51,967 nucleotides of DNA from a virus (IMGVR_UViG_3300028999_000002); one strand, 5' to 3'. Positions 40,461 to 50,488 are shown, numbered from the stretch's first letter. The notes: generated by a model not told the origin, from the letters alone. Numbers and translations are program-made.

Positions 40461-41258
40461 TCAATGAACGGTATCGAGTAGCTTTAACAGCTCAGGGAAT
40501 CGGGATTCGAAGAAATGCGGCTGCGTCTCGCGCGGATTTGCGGGACTGGTGATGTTCTTGCCGAACATGCAGCCTTTCGCCGTCAGCGACCAGAATTTTT
40601 TGATGTTGTTAATCGCGGTACGGCTGTATCGTTCGCGCTGCTCGACGATCCCCAGCTTCACCATCTGGTGATATGCCTGATTAGCTGTCAGGCGGATACC
40701 ATACTGCTTCAGCAGTGCACTCAGTGACAGCGTGGGGCGGCTTGAGCCATCAGGCGCGTCAGCAGGAGCATCAATGGCATAGCGCGGTGCCAGATTCGGT
40801 AAGCCAACAGCCTCCTGGAGTTTCTGACAGGCTCCAAGCACTGAAGAGTTAGACAGATTTAACTCCCGGCGCATAAAGTCCAGCAGAATCACGCCAGCCT
40901 GCATCTTGTCAGCAGCCTGTCCGGATAATTTTTCAGGTGCGCTGGTTACCATGTCGAAAGTACGGATCACCTTCAGATGGAATGACGGGCTGATCCACAT
41001 TGCATAGGCATACACCAGTTCTTTGCAGACATACGTCCCCTGGTTATTTCCGCCACGAATAACGTTAACTGGCTCTATATTGACCGAGTTGCAAATCTGC
41101 AACTCGCTTATTAAACGTTCAGTTTGCTCATTGCGGAGCCAGAATGCAGGCTTATGCTTATCCAGAGAATCGGCAGCCCTGTGCAGATCGTTCAGGCTGT
41201 AACGACCATAAGCATCACGACGAACTTCAATACCATCAATGACCATCAGATTATTCAT
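40461..41258 (-). CDS. KilA-N domain protein
   Basis: N-terminal KilA-N-like segment (…IDGIEVRRDAYGRYSLNDLHRAA…). Confidence 0.65.
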   Translation of the reverse strand: MNNLMVIDGIEVRRDAYGRYSLNDLHRAADSLDKHKPAFWLRNEQTERLISELQICNSVNIEPVNVIRGGNNQGTYVCKELVYAYAMWISPSFHLKVIRTFDMVTSAPEKLSGQAADKMQAGVILLDFMRRELNLSNSSVLGACQKLQEAVGLPNLAPRYAIDAPADAPDGSSRPTLSLSALLKQYGIRLTANQAYHQMVKLGIVEQRERYSRTAINNIKKFWSLTAKGCMFGKNITSPANPRETQPHFFESRFPELLKLLDTVH

Positions 41259-41277
41259 ACTTCGTTTCTCCTCTTAA

Positions 41278-41667
41278 TCAGGCGGCTGCACCCGCCGGTT
41301 TCTCGTACTTACTGATAGTGATCTCAACCTTCCCTTCCGGGATAACCGGTCCCCACTCCACCAGCATTCTTTTCACCTGACTGTCGTCTTCCCACACACC
41401 CGCGTGGGTCAGGGCGTCAAACAGCGCCTTGTTATAGTTGTCCAGATCGCGGATCCGGTTATCCGGAGGAAACAACACGATCTCCACTGAAGCAGGTGCC
41501 GACGTTGGTTTCGGCAGACGACGTAACTGCTCAACTATTGCTGCGCACGCCGCGCTCTGAAATTTTCGCCCCGCCTCGCTTATCAGGCTCTTACCAGCAA
41601 ATGCCCCTTTGTTGGGGTGTCGCCAGTACGTGTTCACACTGGGCGGGAAAGGAAGGATCAACTTCAT
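41278..41667 (-). CDS. rusA: Holliday junction resolvase RusA
   Basis: 129 aa with the RusA pattern (…LPFPPSVNTYWRH… …RIRDLDNYNKALFDALTHAGVWEDDSQV…). Confidence 0.85.
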   Translation of the reverse strand: MKLILPFPPSVNTYWRHPNKGAFAGKSLISEAGRKFQSAACAAIVEQLRRLPKPTSAPASVEIVLFPPDNRIRDLDNYNKALFDALTHAGVWEDDSQVKRMLVEWGPVIPEGKVEITISKYEKPAGAAA

Positions 41668-41990
41668 ACTTTCAGGCCCCTCTCATGTAACCAGTGGGCT
41701 GCACGCAACCTAGCGTTCTCCTCAGCGGCAAGCAGTGCGCGGATGATACCGACCGCTTCGCTGTCGTCGTCCTTCACTGCGGTATGAAGCGTGATCCCCC
41801 GGGCCACGCCACGCTTTATCGTGATGACGCCTTTTTTCTCCAGTGCGCGAAGATGCTCCACCGCTGCATTCACTGAACGGTATCCCAGCATGGTTGCCAC
41901 CTCCTGATTGGTTGGCGGGAAGCCACGTTCTTTCTGGTAAGAAATCAGCATATCCAGCACCTGCTGCTGGCATTGAGTTAACGTCGTCAT
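41664..41990 (-). CDS. LexA-N-terminal-type winged-helix DNA-binding protein
   Basis: …QQQVLDMLISYQKERGFPPTNQEVATMLGYRSVNAAVEHLRALEKKGVI… resembles the LexA DNA-binding domain; no peptidase domain. Confidence 0.5.
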   Translation of the reverse strand: MTTLTQCQQQVLDMLISYQKERGFPPTNQEVATMLGYRSVNAAVEHLRALEKKGVITIKRGVARGITLHTAVKDDDSEAVGIIRALLAAEENARLRAAHWLHERGLKV

Positions 41991-42640
41991 GCCGCCATCT
42001 CCCTGACCAGTTTTTCCGCCTGCTGGCGAACCTGTGCCAGAAAGGCCTCACCACATGCCTCAAGTTCATCGCGCCCGATGTAGCTGATTGCCGGTCCCTT
42101 CCAGGTCTTGTCGAAAACAGCAATAGCACCAGCGAAGAAAGCGCCTGTCGGCACCTGCTTCTCATCTTTCGGGATAAACCAGGCAGGCAGTTCAAAACCA
42201 ATACGCCCGCGAATAAAAGCAATATGGTCTGCATCTTCCGGCCACCACACTTCGCTGGTGGCAGCTTTGATCAGGAAAACATAGCGCCCGCCTTTATCAC
42301 GCATGGCACCGGCATGTTTCATGATGTAACGCATGCCGGTGATGTATTGCCCCTCATGCTGACTGGCGCGACTGTATGGGGGATTACCAAAGGCAGCACC
42401 TTTAAGCTCCGCAAGACGTTCTGACCAGTCATGCGCCAGCGCGTTGTCTTCCGCCGTGTAATACGCGGTACATTTGGCGTTATCACCGTCAGTAAACAGA
42501 TCCAGGACAAACGGGCCAAACAGGGTGTTAATTCCCCAGAAAATGTTATCCGGCGTGCGCCACTGATCGCCCACTTCCTTCAGTTCATGGGCTGGTTTGT
42601 TCCGCAGTTCCACCAGCGCCCGGCAATATTTATTACTCAT
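41987..42640 (-). CDS. phage DNA N6-adenine methyltransferase (Dam-like)
   Basis: NPPY motif (…GNPPYSRA…); start set at the Met with a GGGGG SD overlapping the upstream stop. Confidence 0.75.
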   Translation of the reverse strand: MSNKYCRALVELRNKPAHELKEVGDQWRTPDNIFWGINTLFGPFVLDLFTDGDNAKCTAYYTAEDNALAHDWSERLAELKGAAFGNPPYSRASQHEGQYITGMRYIMKHAGAMRDKGGRYVFLIKAATSEVWWPEDADHIAFIRGRIGFELPAWFIPKDEKQVPTGAFFAGAIAVFDKTWKGPAISYIGRDELEACGEAFLAQVRQQAEKLVREMAA

Positions 42641-43134
42641 TAAGCCCCCACGTAATTCCCTGACAGATACCACTCTTCACCCGATGCAGCGCGCTTGCTG
42701 CTTTTCCGTAAGCACCGCTCACGACGTGCCAGAAAATTGTTTCGTTCTGGCTGGGAGTGGCTTTCACGGAATGCCGCCATCCACACGGTTGCAGCACGAC
42801 GGTATAAGCCCCTTGACTCCAGTTCTTCAGCCTGGCGGGTCAGGCATAAAATCACCCGGGGATCGTTAGTGCCGACATAGAAATTGCGCACAGGTCTGGT
42901 TTCACGAACTGGTTGTGGTTCCGGCTCCTGCGCTCTCTCAGTCAGGCGCGGGAAATGTCTGCGTGTATCTCCTTCACAACGGTGAGCCACACGCCCACTC
43001 TGACGTAACTTGCTTGCTGACTGCAGAACGCGCTGCCGTGAGTAACCTGCAAAAGCATCCGCAATGTCTCCGGAAGTACAGCCCGGATGGGCTTCAATGA
43101 ATTTCTGAACGTCATTCAAAAGACTCATGCTCAC
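42640..43134 (-). CDS. hypothetical protein
   Basis: 164-aa ORF coupled to its neighbours; no recognisable family. Confidence 0.4.
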   Translation of the reverse strand: MSMSLLNDVQKFIEAHPGCTSGDIADAFAGYSRQRVLQSASKLRQSGRVAHRCEGDTRRHFPRLTERAQEPEPQPVRETRPVRNFYVGTNDPRVILCLTRQAEELESRGLYRRAATVWMAAFRESHSQPERNNFLARRERCLRKSSKRAASGEEWYLSGNYVGA

Positions 43135-44072
43135 CCCCTGAATCCTGCCGGGATCTGGCTGTAGTCCACATTGTCGTAACTGGCTTTGAAGTACGGGTCT
43201 TCGCGTTTTTCTGTGTACGTGCTGACGGACGGCGATAAGCGCAGGGAAAGCTCATCCCATTTTTCCCGCAGCTTCGACGGGCTGAGCACGTTACGGCACC
43301 AGAACGGATCGCGGCTGACGCGGCTGTACATCTCGCAGATTTGTTTGTGAGTACGACCATCCTGCACACACATCAGGCGAATTTCGTTTGCCCAGGCTGT
43401 CCAGTTCGGTTCTTTGGGACGAACCACCTCGCCGTCACATTCGGCAGCCTGCTCGTACAGGGCGATGATTTTTTTCCAGAGCCACTGTGCGCAGGTCAAA
43501 TCATCCTGCGTCCCCCACTGGCGCTTTTTAGGGCTGAATACAACCGCATCAGGATGGCGAGTTAAAAAATCCTGTTCAGCCGTCTGCGTGTCCGGTTGCG
43601 AAGCGTCCGGACGAGAAGTTTTTTTATCTGACGGATCATGTTTTGATTTTACTGACGGATCCCCGCCAGATTCTGACGGGTGAAAACCCGCTTTTTTGCC
43701 AGATTTCGACGCATCAAATTTTGACGGGTCAGATTTTGATGCGTCAGATTTTGACGGGTCAGAATCTGACAGTTGAGAAAATGCCGCTGCCTGAAGCTTC
43801 GCAACGTTAAGCTGATAAACATTCGACGCATTGCGGTTACCCTGGCGACGCGCCTTACGCGTTAACCAGCCTTCTGCTTCCAGCCGTGCGATAGCCGTTC
43901 TGACGGTACTCATCCCCGCGCCAATCTGACGGGCAATGGTTTTAATTGATGGCCAGCACACACCTTCGTCATTACTGAAATCAGCCAGGCGGGCCATAAT
44001 TGCCACGCTGGATAACTTCATGCCTGATGCAGCGCAACCATCCCATACATAGCCGGTTAATTTAGTGCTCAT
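43131..44072 (-). CDS. replication initiator protein (O-like) with N-terminal HTH and internal iterons
   Basis: N-terminal winged-helix-like segment; internal DNA iterons encode the repeated SDPSKSDASKSDPSKFDASKS peptide, as in lambda O/ori. Confidence 0.7.
   Translation of the reverse strand: MSTKLTGYVWDGCAASGMKLSSVAIMARLADFSNDEGVCWPSIKTIARQIGAGMSTVRTAIARLEAEGWLTRKARRQGNRNASNVYQLNVAKLQAAAFSQLSDSDPSKSDASKSDPSKFDASKSGKKAGFHPSESGGDPSVKSKHDPSDKKTSRPDASQPDTQTAEQDFLTRHPDAVVFSPKKRQWGTQDDLTCAQWLWKKIIALYEQAAECDGEVVRPKEPNWTAWANEIRLMCVQDGRTHKQICEMYSRVSRDPFWCRNVLSPSKLREKWDELSLRLSPSVSTYTEKREDPYFKASYDNVDYSQIPAGFRG
43626..43775. repeat. ori-type iteron array (6-8 copies of ~15 bp GATTTTGACGGGTCA-like) inside the O-like gene
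   Basis: gattctgacgggtga / gatttcgacgcatca / aattttgacgggtca / gattttgatgcgtca / gattttgacgggtca / gaatctgacagttga. Confidence 0.75.
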
Positions 44073-44081
44073 GACCGACCT

Positions 44082-44420
44082 CTATTTCCCTGAATTTACG
44101 ACGAAACTGTTCGAGCGGACTGAAGCATTCATGCTCATAACCTTCGCGGAGGTAGATAACCCGTTGTGTTTCCGGCTCCCAACGAATGACTCTGACGGGC
44201 ACTCCGTAGTGATCTTTGAACCAGCGGTTAACTTGTCGCAAAGGACTGTCTCCTTCTGCCGGTTGAAATCACCCACAGCCCACTCTGCAAAGCTGTGGGT
44301 TACAATTTCCCTGTCACCTGGTACATTCACTGCATAGCAATATTCCACCTTCGCTTTTCCACCCGGTACCGGAAGCGCAATCAGTTGCGAGCGACGGTAG
44401 TGTGTTGTTAAACTGTTCAT
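44082..44420 (-). CDS. hypothetical protein
   Basis: 112-aa ORF whose start overlaps the upstream stop by 4 nt; C-terminal half has poor protein-like composition. Confidence 0.3.
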   Translation of the reverse strand: MNSLTTHYRRSQLIALPVPGGKAKVEYCYAVNVPGDREIVTHSFAEWAVGDFNRQKETVLCDKLTAGSKITTECPSESFVGSRKHNGLSTSAKVMSMNASVRSNSFVVNSGK

Positions 44421-44974
44421 GCGTTAGTTTCTCCACAACCAGAAGCAATCGACGCCACGACGCCCGGAGCTGCACACTCGCGGGCGTCATTACTTTCTGA
44501 AATGCAAAAAATTTTGTAGACAAGTGCTGCATGCTCCTGCAGCTTCGAAATTGAGAGATACAGCTCGTCGTTAATTGCTGTCTTCTCATGCGGTTCCACT
44601 ACACCGTCTTCGATTGCTGAACGAATCTGTTTTGAATAACTGCCGATCTGTTCAATGACTTCCAGCAGACGCTGGTTAATATCGGCGTTGTCCACATCCT
44701 CGACGTCAGGAAGAGACACAAAGACGCCATTTGCAGACTGCGCCACAGCATCAGCAATGAAGTGAGTGCCACCAGCACGCTGTAAAACCATTGCCCATCC
44801 CAGCGGGAAAATCTGATCGCCATCTGCACGAAGGCGGTTGAATAAAGCGTTTTCTGTTACATCGAGCCAGTCAGCCGCTTCAGCGTAACCACCCGGCAAC
44901 GCCGCGATAGTTTTTCTGACAGCTTTCACGTACCACTCAGGCTGTTTTTCTATTTTCCAGTGATGCTTACCCAC
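44417..44974 (-). CDS. CII-like phage regulatory protein (Phage_CP76-like)
   Basis: 185 aa in the cII position downstream of cro; family guess from memory. Confidence 0.45.
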   Translation of the reverse strand: MGKHHWKIEKQPEWYVKAVRKTIAALPGGYAEAADWLDVTENALFNRLRADGDQIFPLGWAMVLQRAGGTHFIADAVAQSANGVFVSLPDVEDVDNADINQRLLEVIEQIGSYSKQIRSAIEDGVVEPHEKTAINDELYLSISKLQEHAALVYKIFCISESNDARECAAPGVVASIASGCGETNA

Positions 44975-45227
44975 GGTTCACCTCCTGTTCCTGTGGTTTA
45001 AACCCATTCTGATTTTGGCTAGATTGAAAACGTGCCGGATAAAGAATCTGCATTTCGCTGACTTCACCCTTAAAAAAATTGGCTAAACGTTCTGCAAGCT
45101 CGATAGATGGAATCTGCTCCAGCCTCTCAATACGACTCAACGTCGCTGGATTGACTTGAACACCCGCAGCAACATGCTGCAAAGTGAAACCATGCGCCTT
45201 ACGCACATTTCGTAATGGTGATTGCAT
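44967..45227 (-). CDS. cro: Cro-like HTH (XRE-family) regulator
   Basis: 86 aa with HTH (…HGFTLQHVAAGVQVNPATLSRIE…), divergent from cI across an operator region. Confidence 0.75.
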   Translation of the reverse strand: MQSPLRNVRKAHGFTLQHVAAGVQVNPATLSRIERLEQIPSIELAERLANFFKGEVSEMQILYPARFQSSQNQNGFKPQEQEVNRG

Positions 45228-45241
45228 ATACCCTCCAAATA

Positions 45242-45304
45242 TTGCGCGTTATGCATGTTATTTCACGCAATTATTTTGCGCAAGTTGATTTGCTTATCAC
45301 GCAA
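45242..45304. promoter_or_regulatory. OR-like operator/promoter region between cro and cI with TTGC-N7-GCAA repeats
   Basis: TTGCGCGTTATGCAT, CACGCAA/TTGCGCAA, TTGCTTATCACGCAA within about 60 bp. Confidence 0.6.
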
Positions 45305-45324
45305 TAAAGAAATGTAATAAACGC

Positions 45325-46017
45325 ATGAACATAGGAAACCGAGTCAGACAACTTCGCCAAGCGAAGAACATGAAAATCGCCGATCTCGCTGAAGCAATAG
45401 GAGTAGATGCGGCGAACATCTCGCGCTTAGAAACGGGTAAGCAAAAACAATTTACCGAACAAACACTGAGTAATATTGCCAAGAGCTTAGGTGTTGATAT
45501 TGCTGATCTCTTTACCTCTGCCCTCAAAAGTAATACTGTATATAAAAACAGTAATAATGAGGATGTTGCGCAGGTGAAGGATGTGTTCCGTATTGAAATG
45601 CTGGATATCAGTGCCAGTGCGGGAAATGGCCTTATCCAGGGCGGTGATGTCATTGATGTGATTCATGCCATCGAATACAGAACTGATAATGCTGTATCAA
45701 TGTTCGGCGGACGACCAGCCAATCACATCAAAGTTATCAACGTTCGTGGGGACAGTATGTGTCCAACCATTGAGCCAGGAGATCTCATCTTCGTTGATGT
45801 CAGCATCAATCAGTTTGATGGTGATGGTATATATGTCTTTGGTTTTGATGACAAAATATACGTTAAAAGACTTCAAATGATTCCTGACAAACTGCTGGTG
45901 ATTTCTGATAACCAGATTTACCGTGAATGGGGAATTACTAGCGAAAACGAACACCGATTCATGGTCTTTGGAAAGGTCTTAATCAGTCAGTCGCAAACCC
46001 TTAAGAGACATAATTAA
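45325..46017 (+). CDS. cI: CI-type repressor (HTH + S24 LexA-like autopeptidase domain)
   Basis: 230 aa; N-terminal HTH (…NMKIADLAEAIGVDAANISRLETGK…) and C-terminal S24 peptidase-like region (…VRGDSMCPTIEPGDLIFVD…YVKRL…). Confidence 0.9.
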   Translation: MNIGNRVRQLRQAKNMKIADLAEAIGVDAANISRLETGKQKQFTEQTLSNIAKSLGVDIADLFTSALKSNTVYKNSNNEDVAQVKDVFRIEMLDISASAGNGLIQGGDVIDVIHAIEYRTDNAVSMFGGRPANHIKVINVRGDSMCPTIEPGDLIFVDVSINQFDGDGIYVFGFDDKIYVKRLQMIPDKLLVISDNQIYREWGITSENEHRFMVFGKVLISQSQTLKRHN

Positions 46018-46029
46018 CCTCAATATCCC

Positions 46030-46053
46030 ATCCATCGGCCACCGAAAGGTGGC
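46030..46053 (+). terminator. intrinsic terminator downstream of cI (GGCCACC-GAAA-GGTGGC + T-run)
   Basis: Perfect hairpin followed by TTTTTATT. Confidence 0.7.
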
Positions 46054-46064
46054 TTTTTATTACC

Positions 46065-46100
46065 CATCATTTTGCATATATCGCAATATTACTTGCATAT
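46065..46100. promoter_or_regulatory. OL-like operators (TTGCATATATCGCAA and TTGCATATCTCGCAA)
   Basis: Two 15-bp sites with the same TTGC-N7-GCAA architecture as the OR region. Confidence 0.6.
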
Positions 46101-46294
46101 CTCGCAATTTAATTTTATCTTTTGTTCCAGACCAACTACAGGATTACAACAAAATCTGGTTGCAAAACGGTGCATGTGTCGTAAGCGGTCAGTAAATGTC
46201 AAAAACGAACAGGCAGGACGCCCACGAAGTAGCAGCCTGGGGCATATGAAGTCCAGGATGATTCGTTAGCGGATGATTTCAGTGGAGAGAATAG

Positions 46295-46603
46295 ATGAAT
46301 GAGCAGGATTTGAAGCATGTGATCGCATTGTTGCTGGAAGACGCTAAACGTTTGCAGCAGATAGAGCCAAATGCAGGCACTGAGGCCCGTATTTTGTTAG
46401 CAAAACAGGCATTAAAGACTTGCGAGGCGCAAGACCCTGATCGAACCAAGTTCATGAATTTCATGGCTAACACGATCACCCCACTGCCATGCAATGGAGA
46501 GAGGGTGAGCCGTGTTTATCACGACACAATGGTTAAGGCATTAAGAATCGAGCTTGATGGGCTTAGGCGTAAGATCGTGATGAACAAAATCGTTGCCAAC
46601 TAA
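46295..46603 (+). CDS. hypothetical protein (first gene of the leftward early operon)
   Basis: 102-aa ORF with SD; not N-like. Confidence 0.4.
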   Translation: MNEQDLKHVIALLLEDAKRLQQIEPNAGTEARILLAKQALKTCEAQDPDRTKFMNFMANTITPLPCNGERVSRVYHDTMVKALRIELDGLRRKIVMNKIVAN

Positions 46604-46882
46604 GGAAGCAGACGGAAGTAAGCATGCGCTTTGTTCAAATTTGCAGACAAATATATTTGCGTCAACACCAGCACTGTTAGCAATGGAAAAAGTTTGATCA
46701 AGGATTTGTTGGCAGTTCATTGTGCTTTTGAGGATATATCCCTCTGGAATCAGTCTGCAGCAGCTATCGTCAGACTCTTTGATTGTTTTCTGGTACAGAA
46801 AGTTAAGCATTAATTCTTCAAATTTTTTGGTCTGTTCGGCTGTTGCTTCAAACAGACGAACGTGAACATAAAACTGGTTCAT
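46541..46882 (-). CDS. hypothetical protein encoded antisense to the early-left operon
   Basis: 113 aa from MNQFYVHV…; protein-like composition; overlaps the 3' end of the plus-strand ORF. Confidence 0.3.
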   Translation of the reverse strand: MNQFYVHVRLFEATAEQTKKFEELMLNFLYQKTIKESDDSCCRLIPEGYILKSTMNCQQILDQTFSIANSAGVDANIFVCKFEQSACLLPSASLVGNDFVHHDLTPKPIKLDS

Positions 46883-47161
46883 TAGGTTTCCTTGCTGGCT
46901 GTGTGAGAACTCCAGCATACCACCGAGCCTGAAGTGGTGAAAAGACAGGCAATAGTTTCATTGCTGTGTGTAGTCCTGGCGGTACCAGTTTGTACCCTTG
47001 CTTCCGGCTGGTACCGCTCTTTTTACAAAACAGAGAAGAGCATCACCGGACGACGGGCTCATAACCCAATCCATCCGGGCGGCTGCCACCGCAGGTGTTC
47101 TTCTCTGTTTTGTGGAGAAACCAACCGACCTTGCAGGGTCGATATGATGAGGAGCAGCAAA

Positions 47162-47524
47162 ATGGCTAGCGAACGCGGTACTGATGTGCAGGCATTTATC
47201 GGGGAGCTGGACGGCGGCGTATTTGAAACCAAAATCGGCGCAGTTCTCAGTGAAGTCGCTTCCGGTGTGATGAACACGAAAACCAAAGGTAAGGTCTCAC
47301 TCAACCTGGAAATCGAACCATTTGATGAGAACCGTGTGAAAATCAAACACAAACTCTCATATGTTCGCCCGACTAACCGCGGGAAAATTTCCGAAGAAGA
47401 CACCACCGAAACGCCGATGTATGTCAATCGCGGTGGGCGCCTGACTATTCTGCAGGAAGACCAGGGACAATTACTGACTCTTGCCGGTGAGCCTGACGGA
47501 AAACTCCGCGCAGCAGGTCATTAA
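47162..47524 (+). CDS. hypothetical prophage protein (120 aa; possibly YfdP-like)
   Basis: Start at MASERG with GAGGAG SD; the upstream in-frame extension of the ORF is Cys-rich and non-protein-like. Confidence 0.5.
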   Translation: MASERGTDVQAFIGELDGGVFETKIGAVLSEVASGVMNTKTKGKVSLNLEIEPFDENRVKIKHKLSYVRPTNRGKISEEDTTETPMYVNRGGRLTILQEDQGQLLTLAGEPDGKLRAAGH

Positions 47525-47589
47525 TATCGTTCTTAATTAACTGATTATTTACCTCATCACTGAATATCTTTATATAGTGAGGACTTATT

Positions 47590-48414
47590 ATGTCTCAGAA
47601 CTTAGACGCAACCGCAATTAATCAAATCCATGCCCTTATTTCTGCTCAGGGTGTTAATGAAATTATCAGTAAGATTGGTGCCGACGCAGTGGCATTACCT
47701 GAAAATTTCCGCATTCATGATCTGGAAAAATTTAATTTAAATCGCTTCCGTTTCCGTGGCGCGCTTTCCACTGCCTGCATCGATGACTTTACCCGTTATT
47801 CTAAAGATCTTGCAGATGAAGGCACCCGCTGCTTTATCGATGCCGATAATATGCGTGCCGTCAGTGTTCTTAACCTGGGTACTATTGATGAACCAGGTCA
47901 CGCAGATAATACCGCCACTCTCAAACTGAAAAAGACAGCACCGTTCTCTGCACTGTTGTCTGTTAACGGCGAGCGTAACTCCCAGAAGTCACTGGCAGAA
48001 TGGATTGAAGACTGGGCCGACTACCTTGTGGGCTTTGATGCTAATGGTGACGCCATTCAGGCAACCAAAGCGGCTGCGGCGATCCGTAAAATCACAATTG
48101 AAGCGAACCAGACTGCTGATTTTGAAGACAATGACTTCAGCGGCAAACGCTCCCTGATGGAGTCTGTCGAAGCGAAGACCAAAGACATTATGCCAGTGGC
48201 ATTTGAATTTAAATGCGTTCCGTTTGAAGGCCTGAAAGAACGTCCGTTTAAATTACGCCTCAGCATTATCACTGGCGATCGTCCTGTACTGGTACTACGC
48301 ATTATTCAGCTGGAAGCAGTGCAGGAGGAAATGGCTAACGAATTTCGTGATCTGCTTGTTGATAAATTCAAAGACAGCAAAGTAGAAACCTTTATTGGTA
48401 CTTTCACCGCCTGA
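47590..48414 (+). CDS. hypothetical prophage protein (274 aa; possibly YfdQ/DUF2303-like)
   Basis: Length and position match the CPS-53-type yfdQ gene from memory; acidic. Confidence 0.55.
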   Translation: MSQNLDATAINQIHALISAQGVNEIISKIGADAVALPENFRIHDLEKFNLNRFRFRGALSTACIDDFTRYSKDLADEGTRCFIDADNMRAVSVLNLGTIDEPGHADNTATLKLKKTAPFSALLSVNGERNSQKSLAEWIEDWADYLVGFDANGDAIQATKAAAAIRKITIEANQTADFEDNDFSGKRSLMESVEAKTKDIMPVAFEFKCVPFEGLKERPFKLRLSIITGDRPVLVLRIIQLEAVQEEMANEFRDLLVDKFKDSKVETFIGTFTA

Positions 48415-48542
48415 TTTCATTACTGCAAATGCCCCTGCGGGGGCATTTATGGAAACGTAATTGACTCAATAATCGCCTGATGGCGAGGGTTTTCTTTAAC
48501 CAAAATTCAGCGCGGTGCAGCGCATATAACGTGGAGAACAAA

Positions 48543-49079
48543 ATGTCATTTATTAAAACTTTTTCTGGGAAGCATTTTTATTATGACAAGATAAATAAAG
48601 ACGACATCGTTATTAACGATATCGCGGTTTCCCTTTCAAATATCTGCCGCTTTGCAGGACACCTTTCACACTTCTATAGCGTCGCCCAACATGCGGTGCT
48701 TTGCAGCATGCTGGTACCGCAGGAATTTGCTTTTGAAGCATTAATGCATGATGCAACAGAAGCGTATTGCCAGGACATCCCCGCAGCACTGAAACGCCTT
48801 CTTCCTGACTATAAACGGATGGAAGAAAAAATAGACGCCGTAATCCGTGAGAAATACGGGTTACCTCAGGCTATGAGCACGCCCGTGAAATATGCCGATC
48901 TCATCATGCTGGCAACCGAACGCCGCGATCTCGGGCTTGATGATGGCTCTTTCTGGCCAGTATTGGAAGGTATCCCGGCAACAGAGATGTTCGAAGTTGT
49001 TCCTCTGGCTCCTGGCCATGCCTACGAGATATTTATGGAACGTTTTAAAGAGCTGCATAAGATACATAAGCAATCCTGA
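48543..49079 (+). CDS. yfdR: HD-domain phosphohydrolase (YfdR-like 5'-deoxynucleotidase)
   Basis: 178 aa from MSFIKTF…; HD-domain metal-binding pattern (…HLSHFYSVAQHAVLCS…EALMHDATEAYCQDIP…). Confidence 0.7.
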   Translation: MSFIKTFSGKHFYYDKINKDDIVINDIAVSLSNICRFAGHLSHFYSVAQHAVLCSMLVPQEFAFEALMHDATEAYCQDIPAALKRLLPDYKRMEEKIDAVIREKYGLPQAMSTPVKYADLIMLATERRDLGLDDGSFWPVLEGIPATEMFEVVPLAPGHAYEIFMERFKELHKIHKQS

Positions 49080-49119
49080 CAGCGAAATTAACTAGTGAAA
49101 TAGTTTTGTAGCAAAAGAA

Positions 49120-49380
49120 ATGAGGTTATCAAAAATGCTTCAAATGCTGACACTTGAGGAATGGGCTGCGGAAAAATTTAGGAGTAATCCTCCAAGTGTG
49201 TCCACATTGCGTCGTTATGCTAAGCAGAATTTATTTTGTCCACCAGCAATGAAACAAGGTCGACTCTGGCGAGTACGTGAGGACGCAGAGTTAGTTGGGG
49301 AATTAGTTACTCCAGTAATCAAGAAAAGTGATTCTATTATTCTGCAAAGGATTTTAAGCAATGGCAGCCAGACCACGTAA
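49120..49380 (+). CDS. xis: excisionase (lambda Xis-like)
   Basis: …MLTLEEWAAEKFRSNPPSVSTLRRYAKQNLFCPPAMKQGRLW… parallels lambda Xis; overlaps the int start as in lambda (start may be one of two downstream Mets). Confidence 0.7.
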   Translation: MRLSKMLQMLTLEEWAAEKFRSNPPSVSTLRRYAKQNLFCPPAMKQGRLWRVREDAELVGELVTPVIKKSDSIILQRILSNGSQTT

Positions 49381-50488
49381 AAATAATGTTTCAGTACCTA
49401 ACTTGTATCCGCTTTATAGTAGAAAAGTAAATAAAGTCTATTGGCGATATAAGCATCCAGTGACCGGGAAATTTCATTCGTTGGGCACAAATGAAGCTGA
49501 AGCTATTGCTATTGCCACTGAAGCTAACACTCGTCTGGCTGAGCAAAGAACCCGGCAGATTCTAGCTATCAGTGATAGGATCGCAACCAGCAAAGGAAAA
49601 GCGATCACAACGTCAACCTGGTTAGATCGCTATCAAGCGATCCAGGATGACAGGCTCAAAAGTGGTGATATAAGACTCAACACCTATAAGCAAAAAGCTA
49701 AACCAGTATCCTTGCTCAGAGAACGAGCAGGAATGAAGTTGATCTCATCCGTTGATGTTAGAGATATAGCACAATTGCTTGATGAGTATATTGCAGCTGG
49801 ACAGCCTAGAATGGCCCAAGTCGTTAGGTCTGTATTGATCGATGTGTTTAAGGAAGCACAGCATTATGGCGAAGTTCCGCCAGGGTATAACCCTGCTCTT
49901 GCGACGAAGCAACCCAAAAGAAAAATTACCCGTCAACGCCTCAGCCTGGAAGAATGGCAAAAAATATTCGATATAGCAGACGCCAGTCATCGTTACATGG
50001 GAAATGCCATGCTCCTAGCTTTGGTCACTGGGCAGCGTTTGGGAGATATATCCAAAATGAAATTTAGTGATATTTGGGAAGATCATCTTCACGTCATTCA
50101 GGAAAAGACTGGAAGCAAAATCGCTATCCCTCTTTCTCTTCGCCTCAATGCGATTAACTGGAGTTTACGCGATGTAATAGCCCGCTGCCGTGACTATGCA
50201 GTCAGCCCATACCTAGTGCATTTTTTCCGTTCAACTTCACAAGCAGAACGTGGGGCACAGGTTAAATCCAATACATTGACGATGAACTTTAGTAAAGCGA
50301 GAGATTTAGCAGGAATTGACTGGGGTGATGGCTCACCCGCAACATTCCATGAACAAAGATCGTTATCTGAACGCCTGTACAAGGAGCAAGGGATAGATAC
50401 CAGAAAGCTACTTGGGCATAAAACACAACAACAAACCGATCGTTACCATGATGACCGAGGGAAAGGTTGGAGCAAAGTAGCTTTGTGA
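49361..50488 (+). CDS. int: tyrosine integrase, lambda-type (prophage)
   Basis: 375 aa with lambda Int-like N-terminus and catalytic region (…LLGHKTQQQTDRYHDDRG…). Confidence 0.9.
   Translation: MAARPRKNNVSVPNLYPLYSRKVNKVYWRYKHPVTGKFHSLGTNEAEAIAIATEANTRLAEQRTRQILAISDRIATSKGKAITTSTWLDRYQAIQDDRLKSGDIRLNTYKQKAKPVSLLRERAGMKLISSVDVRDIAQLLDEYIAAGQPRMAQVVRSVLIDVFKEAQHYGEVPPGYNPALATKQPKRKITRQRLSLEEWQKIFDIADASHRYMGNAMLLALVTGQRLGDISKMKFSDIWEDHLHVIQEKTGSKIAIPLSLRLNAINWSLRDVIARCRDYAVSPYLVHFFRSTSQAERGAQVKSNTLTMNFSKARDLAGIDWGDGSPATFHEQRSLSERLYKEQGIDTRKLLGHKTQQQTDRYHDDRGKGWSKVAL

Larger units (their letters stand above)
788..50488. mobile_element. lambda-like prophage (boundaries approximate; att sites not identified)
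   Basis: Contiguous lambda-order modules from tail fiber to int; left flank is a host transporter gene; int at the right end. Confidence 0.75.

Noticed and set aside
46072-46269. 65-aa plus-strand ORF over the OL operator region
   Set aside because: Overlaps the operator repeats and terminator-proximal non-coding DNA; no SD.
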